A stretch of DNA of 64,000 nucleotides from Camelus ferus (taxonomy: Eukaryota), in the NCBI RefSeq assembly GCF_009834535.1, contig NC_045696.1, positions 119,724,001 through 119,788,000 of the forward strand, given 5' to 3'. Below, in pieces: positions 51,400 to 64,000 of this stretch; position 1 is the stretch's first letter; the number at the start of each line of letters is the position of its first letter. The notes beneath the pieces were generated by a model, which worked only from the letters and a program-made list of their open reading frames with translations, had not been told where the DNA came from and did no database searches. The position numbers and the translations under genes are program-made.

Positions 51400-52315
51400 G
51401 ATGCAGACCGAAAACCTAGAAGGGAATGGGGCGAGGAGAAAACAGCTGAATCCCACCTGAATCCAGGGGTGAACTTTCGCAGCTGGGCTTCAACAATCCA
51501 GTGAGGAAACTCACCCGCAGTGACTCTGCAGCTCAGAGAGCTTGTTTACCCTTCCTAATAGAAAGATCTGTGTTCTCTCCAAACACGCAGCCAGGTACGT
51601 CTAAAATGGCTCACTGTGCTAACAGTCTGGTTTCAGCACATTTCTAAAACAGACCCAGCGTCTGCCACGATTCTCCTCCCAGCAGGACAGCAGTGTGTCA
51701 CTGCCCACTCTTCCAGCAGCTTAAGATTCAGGCAGTACTAATGATGGTTTTACATGATCCTGTGACACAGCCCACCTCCCAGCACTGCCCTCTCTACACA
51801 CAAACATGCTGCAGCTGGAATTATGTGACCCTAATAATACAGCTCGGCTGTCCTGGCCACAAAAACCCGGTGAATCAACCACAACTCCCCCGGCGTGTCT
51901 CTGGTTAGTGACGAATCTTGGGGGCAAGCCGCCCTTTACCCAGCACAGCGCTCTTTAACTTAGTGCAGAGCAACTGCTGACTTCTACGTAAACGCCAGTT
52001 TGTGGACAGTTAGAAAGGAGTCTCCCCATCAACGCGGGACTCCCTGCTCCCTCCTTGAATTTGAGGATTGCCACTGCACACCACCACCTCCTCAACCTCT
52101 GTCTCTGTGACTCCAAAATGCACACTCGGAGCAGTCGTTTGGAAATAAAAATCCTTTTGCAGCAATGAAATGCAATTTTCTAGAAAGTAAACTCGGATTT
52201 TCCAGAAAGTAAACTCAATTGTAGCTCCTACTATAAGAGACTAGAAGTAAATCATGTCACTTACAATGACACATCCAGGTGCCTCTTTTTCCCAAGAATA
52301 GGAATTTTAATTTCT

Positions 52316-52441
52316 TTGGGGGAGGGGAGGTAATTAGGTTTGTTTGTTTGTTCCTTTATTTAATGGAGGTGCTGGGGATTGAACCCAGGACCTCGTGCAT
52401 GCTAAGCACGTGCTCTACCACTGAGCTGTACCTGCCCCCCT
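52316..52441 (-). mobile_element. tRNA-derived SINE (Vic-1-like)
   Basis: Perfect 15-bp TSD ggaattttaatttct at 52301 and 52442. Confidence 0.92.
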
Positions 52442-55264
52442 GGAATTTTAATTTCTAATAGTTATGTGTTACTAGGTGTTTTAGAGTGAACAGTCCAGTT
52501 CCTTTAAAATCAGCCTGGCCTCCGAGCTGAAGCCCCTCCCCAGCACACAGATTTGGCAGGTGGTGTGCCATGCCCAGGCCCCTGCCCTGTGGAGAATTCC
52601 TGTGGCTGAGCAACCACCCAGGAGTCCAATTAAGTGGCAAGACACCAGAGACAAATGGAAGAACATATTCCTGCTTCTTTACAGAGAAAATGCACCCTGC
52701 CCAAGTCTGACTCAGAACCCCTGTGTGTGCATTTCAACACAGACACTCTGGGCCGCTGCAGTCTGCATGCAAAGCTTCCCAAAACAAAAGCAATCATAAT
52801 GATTTTCAGCAACTGATTGCGGACCTGAGATGCTCTGTGAGGCCTTGCAAATTCAGATCCTTCTCAGAATAAGTGGTGCCCTCCCGTCCCCACTCTGCCC
52901 CGTCTCACGCTATTCCTTTTCCCCAGGGAATAAAGGTACCATCTGAATACTGGGCCCCAGGATGTGCCCCCATTCCTCGGGGACGCTGTAAACAGTGAGT
53001 GAAAATGAGAACAAGGGGCCTTTGAGTGACTGGTCACGAGTTTTGGAGCAGGAACAAAAATATAATTGATAAGCTTTTTTATCTGGATTTGGCCTCTGAA
53101 GACCAGCAAGGAATAAGCTCTTAAAAAAGTCTCAAAATACGTTTTCCTTTCCATCTCTGGTTTCAGAATGATGACAATGGGGGCGCAGGGAGGTTTGCGG
53201 GGAAAATGTTCATCTTCAAAGTCACAGTCACAAAATCTCTAAAGTGTAAGGCCGTGGCCTCATGCAGAGCTGAGGAAACAGGGCCGGGGTGGTGGTGGGG
53301 CAGCAGCTGGACCAGGGCCCGGGGCAGGCAGGTCGGGAGGTCCCCGAGCTGGGAGTGGAGGCCAGTGTCCTCCTTTCTCCGATAAGAACTGCACGCCACT
53401 GGTTTATGTCTGTTTACATCTCAGGGCCGTGCCATCAAGCAACACAAGGAAATCGCAGAACCAGCAAGGTATCACCTTTCTTTCTATTTTGAGAAAATAA
53501 ATTTAGATTATTTACAAAAGGAGCCTGGGAGGGGAGCTGTGAGTGACAGTCATTCCTGCGGGAACGGAGGCAGGGCCGTAATAGGAGGCCAGGCCGACTT
53601 GAGCTAGGTATTCACGCTGGAAAGCAGCAAGCTTAACGAGGGAGGAGAGAGTGAGGCACTGTAATAAAAATAGGCACCACAGTTTGCCCTCGCCGCCAAA
53701 GAGCGGGGAAATAGCAGGCATTTTAGCTGAATTTGCAGACTCTGGTTTTCCCTCTGCATGGGCCCCACACAGGGTCTCTCTCGGGAAAGATCAGCCCAGG
53801 CAGAGGAGGGGGCTTTGGAGGGCTGGTCTCAGGCATCAGGAATGGAAGGACAGGTGGCAGTGTGCTGGCTCCGGCTCAGGAGTGGGGAGGGGGCTGCCCG
53901 CGAGCGACAGGGCCCCGGAAGTCAGGGGATCTTGGAAATCCAGCAACATGGACCCTCCCGGAGGGCTGGCCAGGGCCTGGACCATAGACAAAACAGTGAC
54001 TTGAGGTGTGTGCCCTGGCTGAAAAGGGAGCTATGGACCTCCTGCCCATGGAGGGCACCTGACTGTGAGACTGCACTCCAGGGAGGGCCCAACAGGAAGG
54101 TGGACATGTGTTTCCACATCCTGCTTCCTAGCGCCCCTGAGATGGGGGCCGGGAGACGACAGAGCCAGGAAGCCCTTGTGCATCCGACTCTGGGTGCAGG
54201 CTGCCAGGGATGCAGCAGCGAAGGGCGCCCAGCCCTTGCGAGTGGAATCCCCACCCCCATCCCCCGCCAGACGAACGGGGAAACTGACGCAATCAGCTAT
54301 AGACGGTCCCCTCTTAGGGTGGTTCGACGTGACAATGGTGCAAAAGCAATCGGTATTCAGTGGAAACTGCTCAGAATTTAGCATCTGGACCTTCCCTTGG
54401 GCTGGACATGCAGGACCACCCCTTCTCCCAGCCTGGGCAGCGGCAGCCTCCGGTCCCGGCAGCCACGCGGTCACGAGGGCGAACCACCAGGACATGTACG
54501 ACCACCTGGACCCAAACACGTTCTCTGTTTCACTCTCAGCTCAGTATTCATAACCTACATGAGAAGTTCAACCCTCTGCTATAAAAGAGGCCTTGTGTTA
54601 GAGGGTTTTACCCCGCTGTCAGCTAGTGTAAGTGTTCCGAGCACGCGTGAGGTGGGCGAGGCTGGGCTGCGATGCTCGGCAGGTAAGGGGGATGAAGTGC
54701 ATTCTGACATAGGACAGTTTCAACTTAGGATAGTTTACTGGGACTTAGCCCCATGGTGAGGTGGGTAAGACCTGTACTAGGATGTCAGACGGAAATCAGG
54801 AGGAGAGAGAGAGATGGAGGGGCCTGGCGTGGGTGGGGACTGATTTTAAACAGTGTGGCCAGGAAGGGCTCGGGAGAGAGAAGGTGGGGTCTGAAGGAGG
54901 AGGGAGAGGAGGCCCGTGGACGCCTGGGGAAGAGGCTCCGGGCAGAGGACTGCTCGGGCGAAAGGCTCGAGTGGAAGCCTTTGGGGTGGTTCCAGATACA
55001 GCAAGGAGAGTGGTGGGCCGGAGCCCAGGGACCAGGGACGGCGGCAGAAGGTGAAGTCAGAGAGAGAGGGGGCCCCTTACGGGCCTCCTCGCACCCCCTG
55101 CATGGCCCCACCCTCTTCCAGCCTCATCTCCTTGGAGCAGCAGCCTGTGAGATCCAGGTAAAGCCTGAGCCAGTCAAGAATCTCGCTCAGAATCTTCCAG
55201 TGACTCCCCATGGCATGCAGAGTGAAAGCCAAGGGCTTCCAGGACCGACAGGGAGCCGGGTACG

Positions 55265-55355
55265 GCTGGGAGAGCGCTGCTGGCAGAGGGCTGCTGGGGG
55301 AGCGCCGCTGGGGGGGCGCCGCTGGGGGGGTGCCGCTGGGGGAGCGCTGCTGGGC
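55265..55355. repeat. G-rich ~14-bp minisatellite
   Basis: About 6-7 units of gctgggggagcgcc-like sequence. Confidence 0.85.
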
Positions 55356-55972
55356 ACCACCTTCACATAAGCATCCTGGTCTTTTACTGGCCTTATGGAA
55401 GCCTCCGCTGCTCATTCCATAATGAAAAATGTCCTCCCCACCTCCCAACCTAATCCTGATCAGGAAGGTTCTTGTGATCTGTGAGGAAAAGAAATCAAAG
55501 TCTAAATTACGTGGAAATCTATTTTGTGGAAATTTGGTAACATGTCAATCACTAGATATTTTCGCACACAAGGAACTTCTTTATTTCCATCTTGCTAAAT
55601 GATTCAGCTTGCTAGTCAGCTGTGTTTCCTTCCTAGCTGGGCTATTACAGTAGTGTCTTCTGCAATAAAATGAAAGGATTGTTATTAAGGTATTCTTAAT
55701 AAGATAATTTCAGAGGCAAGTAGATACATTTAACATTTTATATATAGACCTACTGATCTTTTTAATAAAAGATCTTGTCACTCCTTACTTGTCAGGGAGA
55801 ATAACAGCCCCGTGACTGGGAAAGGAGGCAGGATAAGTTGGTCGGCAGAGGAAACGTCACAATCCGTGCAGCAGAGCTGAGGGAGCGGCTAAGTGATCAG
55901 CAGTAAGCATGGTATCCGTTTCTCCATGTATCTGACAGGATGCCCAGAAAAACGCTGTGAAGTTTCAAACAG

Positions 55973-56063
55973 TTTTTTTTTTTAATGGAGGCACTGGGTA
56001 TTGAGCCCAGGACCTCGTGCATGCTAAGCACATGCCCTACCATGGAGTTACATCCCCACCTTC
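55973..56063 (-). mobile_element. Short tRNA-derived SINE (Vic-1-like)
   Basis: ggaggcactgggtattgagcccaggacctcgtgcatgctaagc; TSD-like aagtttcaaacagtttt/aagttccaaatagtttt. Confidence 0.85.
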
Positions 56064-57959
56064 CAAGTTCCAAATAGTTTTAAACCTGACCTCAAGGATT
56101 TTGTGATTTTCTTGTCTAAACCCTTTTACATGAGGAGGAGAAATAGCTCCTAGCTCCGTCTAATTTACGTAACCTGAATTTACAGAGACTCCAAGGAGAC
56201 CTTCATCTCCCAGAAAGCCTCCTGTTCTCCGCCTCTGCCCCTGTTGATGCTAAAGTGAGCTGGTCCACGACCCAGCCTGGTATGATGTAAAGCCCCACAG
56301 CGCTGTAGCTCCAACAGCTCCGAGCGAACGTCCACCATCCAGGCTTCGATGCCCCTGGGGTCGTGCCAGGGGGAAGCACCCGTGGGGTGGCAGCTCAGGG
56401 TGATGCTGAGGTTCAAGGCTGAGCTGAGTAAATGACCAGGAACTGCAGGCCGTGATTTTTCCTTTAGAAAAATTCCAGCTATTATCTTCACAGCAGTGTG
56501 ACTGTAGACCAGGGCTCTGATGGGGGCCCCTTTCTGTAGACCCCAGTAATTTCTCTTAAGACACTGAATGGGCGCTCCAAGGACCATGACACTTGAGCTT
56601 AAATATGCCATCTTCCTCTTCTTTGAATGGGAAATTGTCTTCACAACTGAAGACGAAACTTGCCCCCGAAGTGCCCGGGTATTTAAGGGACGCAGGCTCT
56701 GTTCGCCTCCGGCTCACTGCTGCCGCCCTGTGGGAAAACTGAGAACCACCAACCTGGGAGGGCTCGGCCCCAAGCACCATGACTGCAGGTGGTTCTTGAG
56801 CAGTTAAGTGCGTGGTTTCCCCCTCCTTTCCTTCTCCCGGCCATTTCTAACACTTTGCCTATCTCTTCTACAGTGAAAAACCCAGGAAACATTTGATCTT
56901 AAAGACCTGGGTCTCATGGAAGCTATTTTTTATTCGCTTGTGCTCCCGGACCTAGCGCACTTCCACATCTCCAGTCCTGCATGTGCGGTGTCTGCTGCCA
57001 CTATGCGCCCACGGACGGGGCTGGGCGTGCAGAGTGACGCCGCCAGCCATGCTGACTACAGCACTACTTCGCGGGGGCTTCTGGGGGAGGTAAAGGATCC
57101 ACACGGACACATTTTTATCTGGCTGCCACGTTGCACTTTGTTACTTGTGAATGTTTTCGAGCCACTTTTACATCCACTATTTCCCTTCCTCTTCCTGTCA
57201 TATAAAGCAGAGGAAGCAGATGGCGAAGTTCCATTTTCATGGTGAGGAAGCACTCCGGGGCTAGTCAGCAGTGAGAACAGACTGGAGACTGGGTCTCCCA
57301 CCTCCGGCTCCGGCCCTCCCAGCACACATTGAAGACAAGGGTAACCGATCAGTCAGACCCTCAAAGACCACTGTGGTGTCTTCTGTGCAGCTGCAGCAGA
57401 ACTAAACAAAAACTCAAAGCAGCCCAAGGGGGAGTCTGGGTGGTCAGACCGGAGCAGGGGCTCTCCAACATGGGCGGGACACTGAGTCACCTGGAGGGCT
57501 TGAATACAGACCCTCTGGGCCCCACGCCCAGAAGGTTCAACTCAGCAGGTCTGGGTCGGGCCATAGAACACGCACTGCCTAACAAGCTCCCAGGGGACGG
57601 TGGTGCCGGTGTCCCCGGTCTGGGGTCACCTGGAGAGCCCTGGGCAGGGGACAAAGGCAGGTGCGTTCTGAGTCTTTCTCTCCCTCCTGTCAAAGGAAGC
57701 CTCCTTTACTTCCCACGTGCCTTTCCCTCCCTCTCCCTCAGGGCTGACAGAATGTGGGCAGATCTCAAAGCATTTCCAACATATTGAGTGCAAATGAGCT
57801 GCAAACGATCCAAACACTCCAACTTGGGGGGAAAAAGCCTCCCGCAGACAATCTGGTCCAGGTTGGTTAAAGGGTTCAGTGCTCGTCTTTGCCTCCACCG
57901 GAACATCGCTGTAGAACAAGGCTGTTACTGGTTTTCATTTGTTTACATAGAGTTCCTGA

Positions 57960-58142
57960 CCTTATTATTTTCATTTCTTTAAGGAAGTAACTGGTGACTT
58001 TATTTTGTTTTGTTTTATCTGGGTGGGGGGAGGTAATCAGGCTTATTTATTTATTGTATTTAACGGAGGTGCTGGAGACTGAACCCAGGACCTTGTACAT
58101 GCTAAGCACGCACTCTACCACTGAGCTCTACCCTCTCCCTCC
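57960..58142 (-). mobile_element. tRNA-derived SINE (Vic-1-like)
   Basis: gaacccaggaccttgtacatgctaagcacgcactctaccactgagct; TSD agttcctga. Confidence 0.88.
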
Positions 58143-60746
58143 AAGTTCCTGATTTTAAAAGAATAAAATAGAAGTAATAGATAATCCATTATGTAATAAC
58201 ATAATATGAACAAATAAACATGTAGAAAATAAATTAATTACATCTATATATAAATAAGTAATCTGAAAAATCTTCCGATTATGTTCTACAAATTTGTATC
58301 AGATTTCTTCTCAAAAGCATATCTGAAATCTCTGGGGGCCAAACATGCATTGCTGAGGAAGTCAAGTCTTTTAAACTGTGGCTCAAAGACCCCAACGGAG
58401 GGAAGGAGCGCAGACAAGGCGTCCTCACCGTCTGTCAGTCTTGAGAGAGAAGGACAGTGGAGCACCTGTAACTTCTCTCCTCTTCTGGAACGTTCACGGC
58501 TTCTGGCTAGGCTGTACCTTCTCCATCCTCCATAACTAAAACCAACTTCTCTAAAACAAGCTTCAGTGGGTGTCAGCAAAGAACTGTTTTTCAAAGCCCT
58601 GGGGAAACTTCCCCTCCATTTCCGTGTCAGACTACCTTCAATCAGAGTCATCAGAAGAGCCACCTTCTAGAGAATGAAGACCTGAAGGCTGCACATGGAG
58701 AAACGAACCACAGGTCAAGTTTTCCAGGGAAGATGTACTCAGAGGTGGGGGCGATGTAGAGGTTCTTGGTGAATATTAAGTGCATGGCGGACACAACGTC
58801 TCTCAGGGTTTGGTGGGGGAGCATAACTACATGGGGTCCCATCACCCCCGGGCTCTTATCTGCCAGTGCTCAGGAGGGAAAACCCAGACCTAGGGGCCCA
58901 CAAGGCGGTGAGGACGCCCCGGAGGCAGACACTAGAGAACGAGAGAACAGGATGACAGACCAAGGAGCCGTGGCACCCAAGTCAAAAGAACAACCCTATT
59001 AGGACGGGCTGGAGACAATGAGAATGAATGACAGCACAAAGAGCAAAAGAAACAATAAAAAGAAAGAAGCTGAAGTGAAACACAGCACTAGAGAAAACAT
59101 TCCAACGGCCACCTTCTCCCGCGGAGGGCCCAGGAAGTACGTTCTGGGAGAGGCACAGCCAAGCTCACCAAGGGGAAACAGCAAAGCGCCGGCCAAGGGG
59201 TCCAGGTGCCTGCGGTTCTGAGTACCTGCGGAGGATGCTCTCCACCCAGCACGGCGGCAAGATGTAGGTGACCCACAGCACAGTCAAGTGGCCCATATGT
59301 TCAGTGAGAGGGCAGTGCACGATCAAGAACGACGGTGACCTTCCCAGACCAACCCCCACATGCGCGGCACGGCAAACGTGGAGGGAAACGGTTGGTGTCT
59401 CCACTTCCGTTGCTCCTCCTGGAGGCACTGAGGATTGTTGTCCCCTTCTGCTTTGGGCAGATGGCTCACTAGTTGTGCGCCCTTTTTCCGCTGGCGACGG
59501 TCCCAGCTCAGCCGTAGCTGCGTCCTGGTTACGAACACAAGCGCCACTGCCCTGTTCTATCCGCACCCTCGGCGGGGCAGACATCTGGCTGAGTCTCCTG
59601 TGTCCTGCAGCTTTACTGGGCGGGAGGGCCCACGTCCCCCGGCCTGGGGTTCCTGGGGTGGTGACGGGAGTGTGGGGCTGGGTGGGGGGGAGCTTCGGGC
59701 TGTTTCATGGTAGCTCTCGGTACCACACTCCTCAGCACTTGGGGAAAGCAGAGGAGACGGTCCAGCTCTTTTTTGGAAAGAGGTTACCCCTAGACTTGAA
59801 GGAGACCAACATCTTGTAACCAAGATTTAGCCCAAATTAACTGTGTGCAAAAGCCTATATATTCTGTTTATGTTACTACACTCAGAACAACAAGAGGAAA
59901 AGTCTGATTAAGTGATACTGGGATGATTGAATAAGAATTTGGAAATAAGTCTAAACACCTTACACCACATATAAAAAGCAAACTTAAAATCAGGAATTAA
60001 ATATTGAATGTTAGAAAAACTAGAATAAATTATAATTGGGTATCAGATATTTGATGAAACAACTTTCCAAAATTTGAAGCTGTTAAAATAATAGAAGAAA
60101 TAGATTGATAAATTAAAATTTACATGCAAAATATAAACATCAAGACAACAGTTATAAACAGGCCACAAACAAGAACCCATTTAAACAGGAAGAAAACACA
60201 TCATAAACAAAGATTATGAAAGACTTTGAACTTATGTCGAAAATAAACACTAACGGGTACTATTTAAAAATATTAAATTTGGAAAAAAATAAACTAGGAA
60301 AGTGGTAATGAAAGTAATTTCTTACTGGGAAAAACAAGTCTGACAATCTGTATTATGAATCACAAACACTATGCTTCTAGGACTTTATCTTAGGAAGTCA
60401 TTTACAAGAAGGAAAAAGTCAGCTGAAGTGACACATACCGTGGAAATCAAGAATGTGGGCTTCTGAGTTTTAAAATACCTGATATGAAATCCTGGCTCTG
60501 ACACTTATTATATAACCTTGGATAAGTTATTTATCACAACTAAGCTTCAACTTCTTCATCTACTAGTTGGAAATGAAAGTATCTGATGTAAAGTACTCAG
60601 TGTTTAGTAGTGGAGCTAGCTGAAACGGGAGAAGAAATCCCAACAGATGGAAGTTGGAAACAAACAATATCCAATATGAAGAAAGCTATGAACATGTATA
60701 CAGACCAGGTGGAACATCAAGCAAAATTTTAAAAGATAGTTATGCT

Positions 60747-60847
60747 GGGGGGAGGGGAGAGCTCGGTGGTGCAGTGTGTGCTGAGCACGCACAAGGTCCT
60801 GAGCTCCGTCCCCAGTGCCTCCATCAGAAAAAAATAAACTAAAATAA
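60747..60847 (+). mobile_element. tRNA-derived SINE (Vic-1-like)
   Basis: TSD aaaagatag(t/c)tatgct at 60731 and 60848. Confidence 0.88.
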
Positions 60848-61049
60848 AAAAGATAGCTATGCTAAACAAACATATAATGAAAACGTGTCTGTGTTTACAA
60901 TGATAATAGCTCAATAAAACATGTATGCGTGTGAACAAAGACCAGAAAAGAATGTGAATAAGTGAAAACGTGGCAGGTCGTCTTACGGAGATTTCAAATG
61001 TTTTCTTACGCTGTTTTTCTAATAAATAAGAAAGTTAAGTCAAAAAATA

Positions 61050-63937
61050 AACAGCTGAGGTTTCTGGTTTCCAACCTGGCATTTAGGGAGCCTGGAGGTC
61101 GCCACTCTATGTTAACAATTAACCCTAGCCCTGAACAAGCTGGAATCCAACAATTCTTAGATATATCTGAGAGTTGAGATTACAGGGCAAACCACTGCCT
61201 CCAAAACTTATAGAGACAGATAGGTGTCTACAGAGAATCACCACTTAGCGGAGGAGAAACGTTCGTGGGACCAGTGCCAGGCACAGGAAAACTAAACAGT
61301 AACTGAGCAGCTGCTGGAGGCTCCGCGCAGACATGTCTGAGAGTGACAGACTTCAGAAGGGCCCAGTCTTGGAAGGGCGTGCCCAGTTTTGTGAGTTTTA
61401 CCTCTAGGAGCTCTACCAGGTTCTCACAGTGAGACTGGAGAACAATCTCCTTCTGCTTCTTTTTTTTTTCTTATAATTTTTTTTTTATTATTGAAGTCTA
61501 GTCAGTTTACAATGTTGTGTCAATTTCTGCTGCACAGCATAATAGTTCAGTCATACATATACACACATATATTCCTTTTCATATTCTTTTTCACTATAGG
61601 TTATTACAAGATATTGAATATAGTTCCCTGTGCTGTACAGTAGGACCTTGTTGTTTATCTATTTTATATACAGTTCCTCCTGCTTCCTGCAGGGAGTGGG
61701 GAAAAGCAGTCAGAGCATTGTGTTCTCCAGAAGGCCTGCCTCGAAAGAAACTGTTTTACCAGAGCTAACCTGCTGGGGTTTTATCAGAGCCTAACAGACC
61801 CAGGGGGAGGGAAACACCCAACTCCAGCCCCCTCGAGCCATCCTGTCCCACTAGAGACGTGGGGTAGACCGAGCAGCACTTGTGAAGGTCGCAGGTCCAA
61901 GGGCATAGGCTCAGGAAAAGACTGAGACCCAACCACAGGACTATAGAACATTTCTCACTTTCCACACCTTACCACCACTATCAAATGCCTATTTATTACA
62001 GTTCCTCTACCTAGTAACTCATGTCCAGCTTTCAACAAAAAATTACTAGGCATACTAGAAGGCAACAACAAACAAACAAAAACAATTTGCAGAGACACAT
62101 CAAGCATCAGAACTAGAGTCAGACATGGCGTGTAGTAATGATCAGACCAGCAATCGAAAATAACTATGATTAATATGCTAAGGTCTCTACTGGAAAAAGT
62201 AGACAATGTGCAAGACAGATAGGCAATGTAAGCAGAGAGAGAAAGATTCTGAAGAAGAAAGAAAAAGAAATACTTGAGATAAAAAGCATTGCCACAGAAC
62301 TGAAGAATGTCTTTGACAGGGCTCCTCAGCAGACCAGACCTGGCTGAGGAAATAATCTCTGTGGTTGAGGATATGTCAATAGACATTTGCAGAACAGAAA
62401 GGCAAAGAGAAAAAGACTGAAAAACATGGAATAAGGTATCCAAGAAGTGTCAGACAACTACAAAAGTTGTAACATACATGTAATGGGAATTTCAGAGGGA
62501 AAAGAAAGAGAGAAAGGAACAGAACCAATATTTGAAGCAATAATGACTGAAAATTTCCCCCAATTAATGTCAGACACCAAACCACACAAGCAGGAAGCTC
62601 AGAAAACACCAAGCAGGAGGATGTCAAACAAACAAACAAACAAACAAAAAAGCACACTTAGGCATATCACAGCCAAATTGCAGAAAATCAACAATAATGG
62701 AAAAAATTTTGAAAGAAACCAGAGGAAAACAAACATCTTACCTATAAAGAATCAAAGAATCACATCTGACTTCCCCTCAGAAACCAAGCACAAAGAGAGT
62801 GGAGTGAAATGTTCAAAGTGTTGTGAGAAAACCCCACCAACCTAAAATCCTATATCCTACAAAAGGGACCTTCAAAAGTGAAGGAAAACTAAAGACCATC
62901 TTAGACAAAATCACCTGAAATGCTCGATTTAAATCATAAAGGCAGAAAAAGAGTGGAAGACAAAAATAGGAACAAAGAACAAGAGCAACAAGCAGAAAAC
63001 AGTGATAAATATGATACACATACACCCAACTGTATCAATAATTCCTTTAAATGTTAATGGCCTAAATGCACCAATTAAAAGGCAGACTGCTAGAGTGGAC
63101 TGAAAAGTAAGACCCAACCATATGCTGTCTACAAGAAACTCACGTTCAATATAAAGAAACACACAGATTAAAAGGAGAGGGATGGAGAAAAATTTGCCAC
63201 ACTAACGCTAATCAAAAGAAAGCTGGAGTAACTATGTTGATTTCAGACAGCATATTTCAAAGCAAGGGAAATTACCAGGGATAACAAGGGGCATTACATA
63301 TGATAAAAGGGTCAATTCCAAGAAGATACAACAATCATTAAATGCATGTGCCTAACAATAAAGCGTCAAAACACATAAGGCAAAAACTGACAGAGCTGCA
63401 AGGGGAAATAGATGAATCCACTATTACAGTTGGAGACGTCAACACCTCTCTAGTAATGGAAACAACCAGAAGGCAGAAAAATCAGTAAGGACAACTGAAC
63501 ACAATAGCACCATCAATTAGCTGGATATAATTGATGTCTATAGACTATTTTATCCAAGAACACCATTCTTCTCAAGCTTGCATGAAATGTTCACCAAGAT
63601 TGAATTATGGGCCATAAAACACACTTGAACAAATTCTAAAGAACAGAAATCATGCAATGTCTGCATTGAGATCACAATACTATTAAACTAGAAATCAACA
63701 GCAGAAAGAGAATTGGAAAATGCCCAAATAATTGAACATTAAACAGCACATTTCTAAATAACACATGGGTCAGAGAAGAAACCCCAAAAGAAAATTTTAA
63801 ATATTTTGAACTAAATGAAATACAACTTATCAAAATTTGTGAAATGCAGTAAAAGCAGCGTATAGAGGGATATTTACAGTATTGAGCACATACATTAGAA
63901 AAGAAGCAGAGATCTAAAATTAACAACTTAAGCTTTG
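61050..63937 (+). mobile_element. Old L1 (5' region, ORF1, start of ORF2 endonuclease) in BTD intron 1
   Basis: ORF1-like NIHVMGISEGKEREKGTEPIFEAIMTENFPQLMSD; ORF2 start ttaaatgttaatggcctaaatgcaccaattaaaagg; many stops; a new L1 5' end may begin at ~63938. Confidence 0.85.
61460..61673 (-). mobile_element. Young L1 3' tail inserted antisense into the old L1
   Basis: poly(T), ttgaagtctagtcagtttacaatgttgtg...tagttccctgtgctgtacagtaggacc; TSD-like tccttctgcttc/tcctcctgcttc. Confidence 0.85.
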
Positions 63938-64000
63938 ATGTGGCCCAGATGCTGGAGTAGGACAATTCTGCGCTCACCTCCACCCACAGGTACACCTAAA

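Noticed and set aside
50800..51456. 218-aa ORF as a single-exon BTD isoform
   Set aside because: Only 51415-51150 is BTD-like; the rest is intron read-through into MER5-derived sequence
53758..55370. Overlapping ORFs of 160-207 aa in BTD intron 1
   Set aside because: No recognisable domain or splice pattern; expected by chance in GC-rich DNA
51416..64000. BTD exon 1 and the shared BTD/HACL1 promoter
   Set aside because: No promoter-type CpG island or recognisable first exon in this stretch; presumably beyond the window end

Overview
Mammalian genomic DNA, most likely a camelid (nine copies of a short tRNA-derived SINE resembling camelid Vic-1, plus artiodactyl-type L1 3' ends). Two convergent genes are present: the last four coding exons and ~3 kb 3'UTR of ANKRD28 (+ strand, 223-~7810) and exons 2-4 of biotinidase BTD (- strand, 51415-~44570; exon 1 lies outside the window). 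The ~37 kb between them is mostly transposon debris. It includes an old L1 carrying a full-length Tigger1, younger L1/SINE inserts and an unexplained 2.7 kb GC-rich insert with a 36-bp hairpin minisatellite. It also includes a three-layer nest of class I endogenous retroviruses (27339-38606). Most notable: (1) BTD exon 2 has one extra base just before its GC donor, which puts exons 3-4 out of frame unless a cryptic donor is used; (2) a long-range ~35-bp inverted repeat in the ANKRD28 3'UTR; (3) the orphan insert with its AGAC/GTCT repeat array; (4) a probable L1 3' transduction; (5) asymmetric CpG/GC retention between sister LTRs. No convincing novel protein-coding system was found. Gene and repeat family names come from recall of known sequences, not from a database search.
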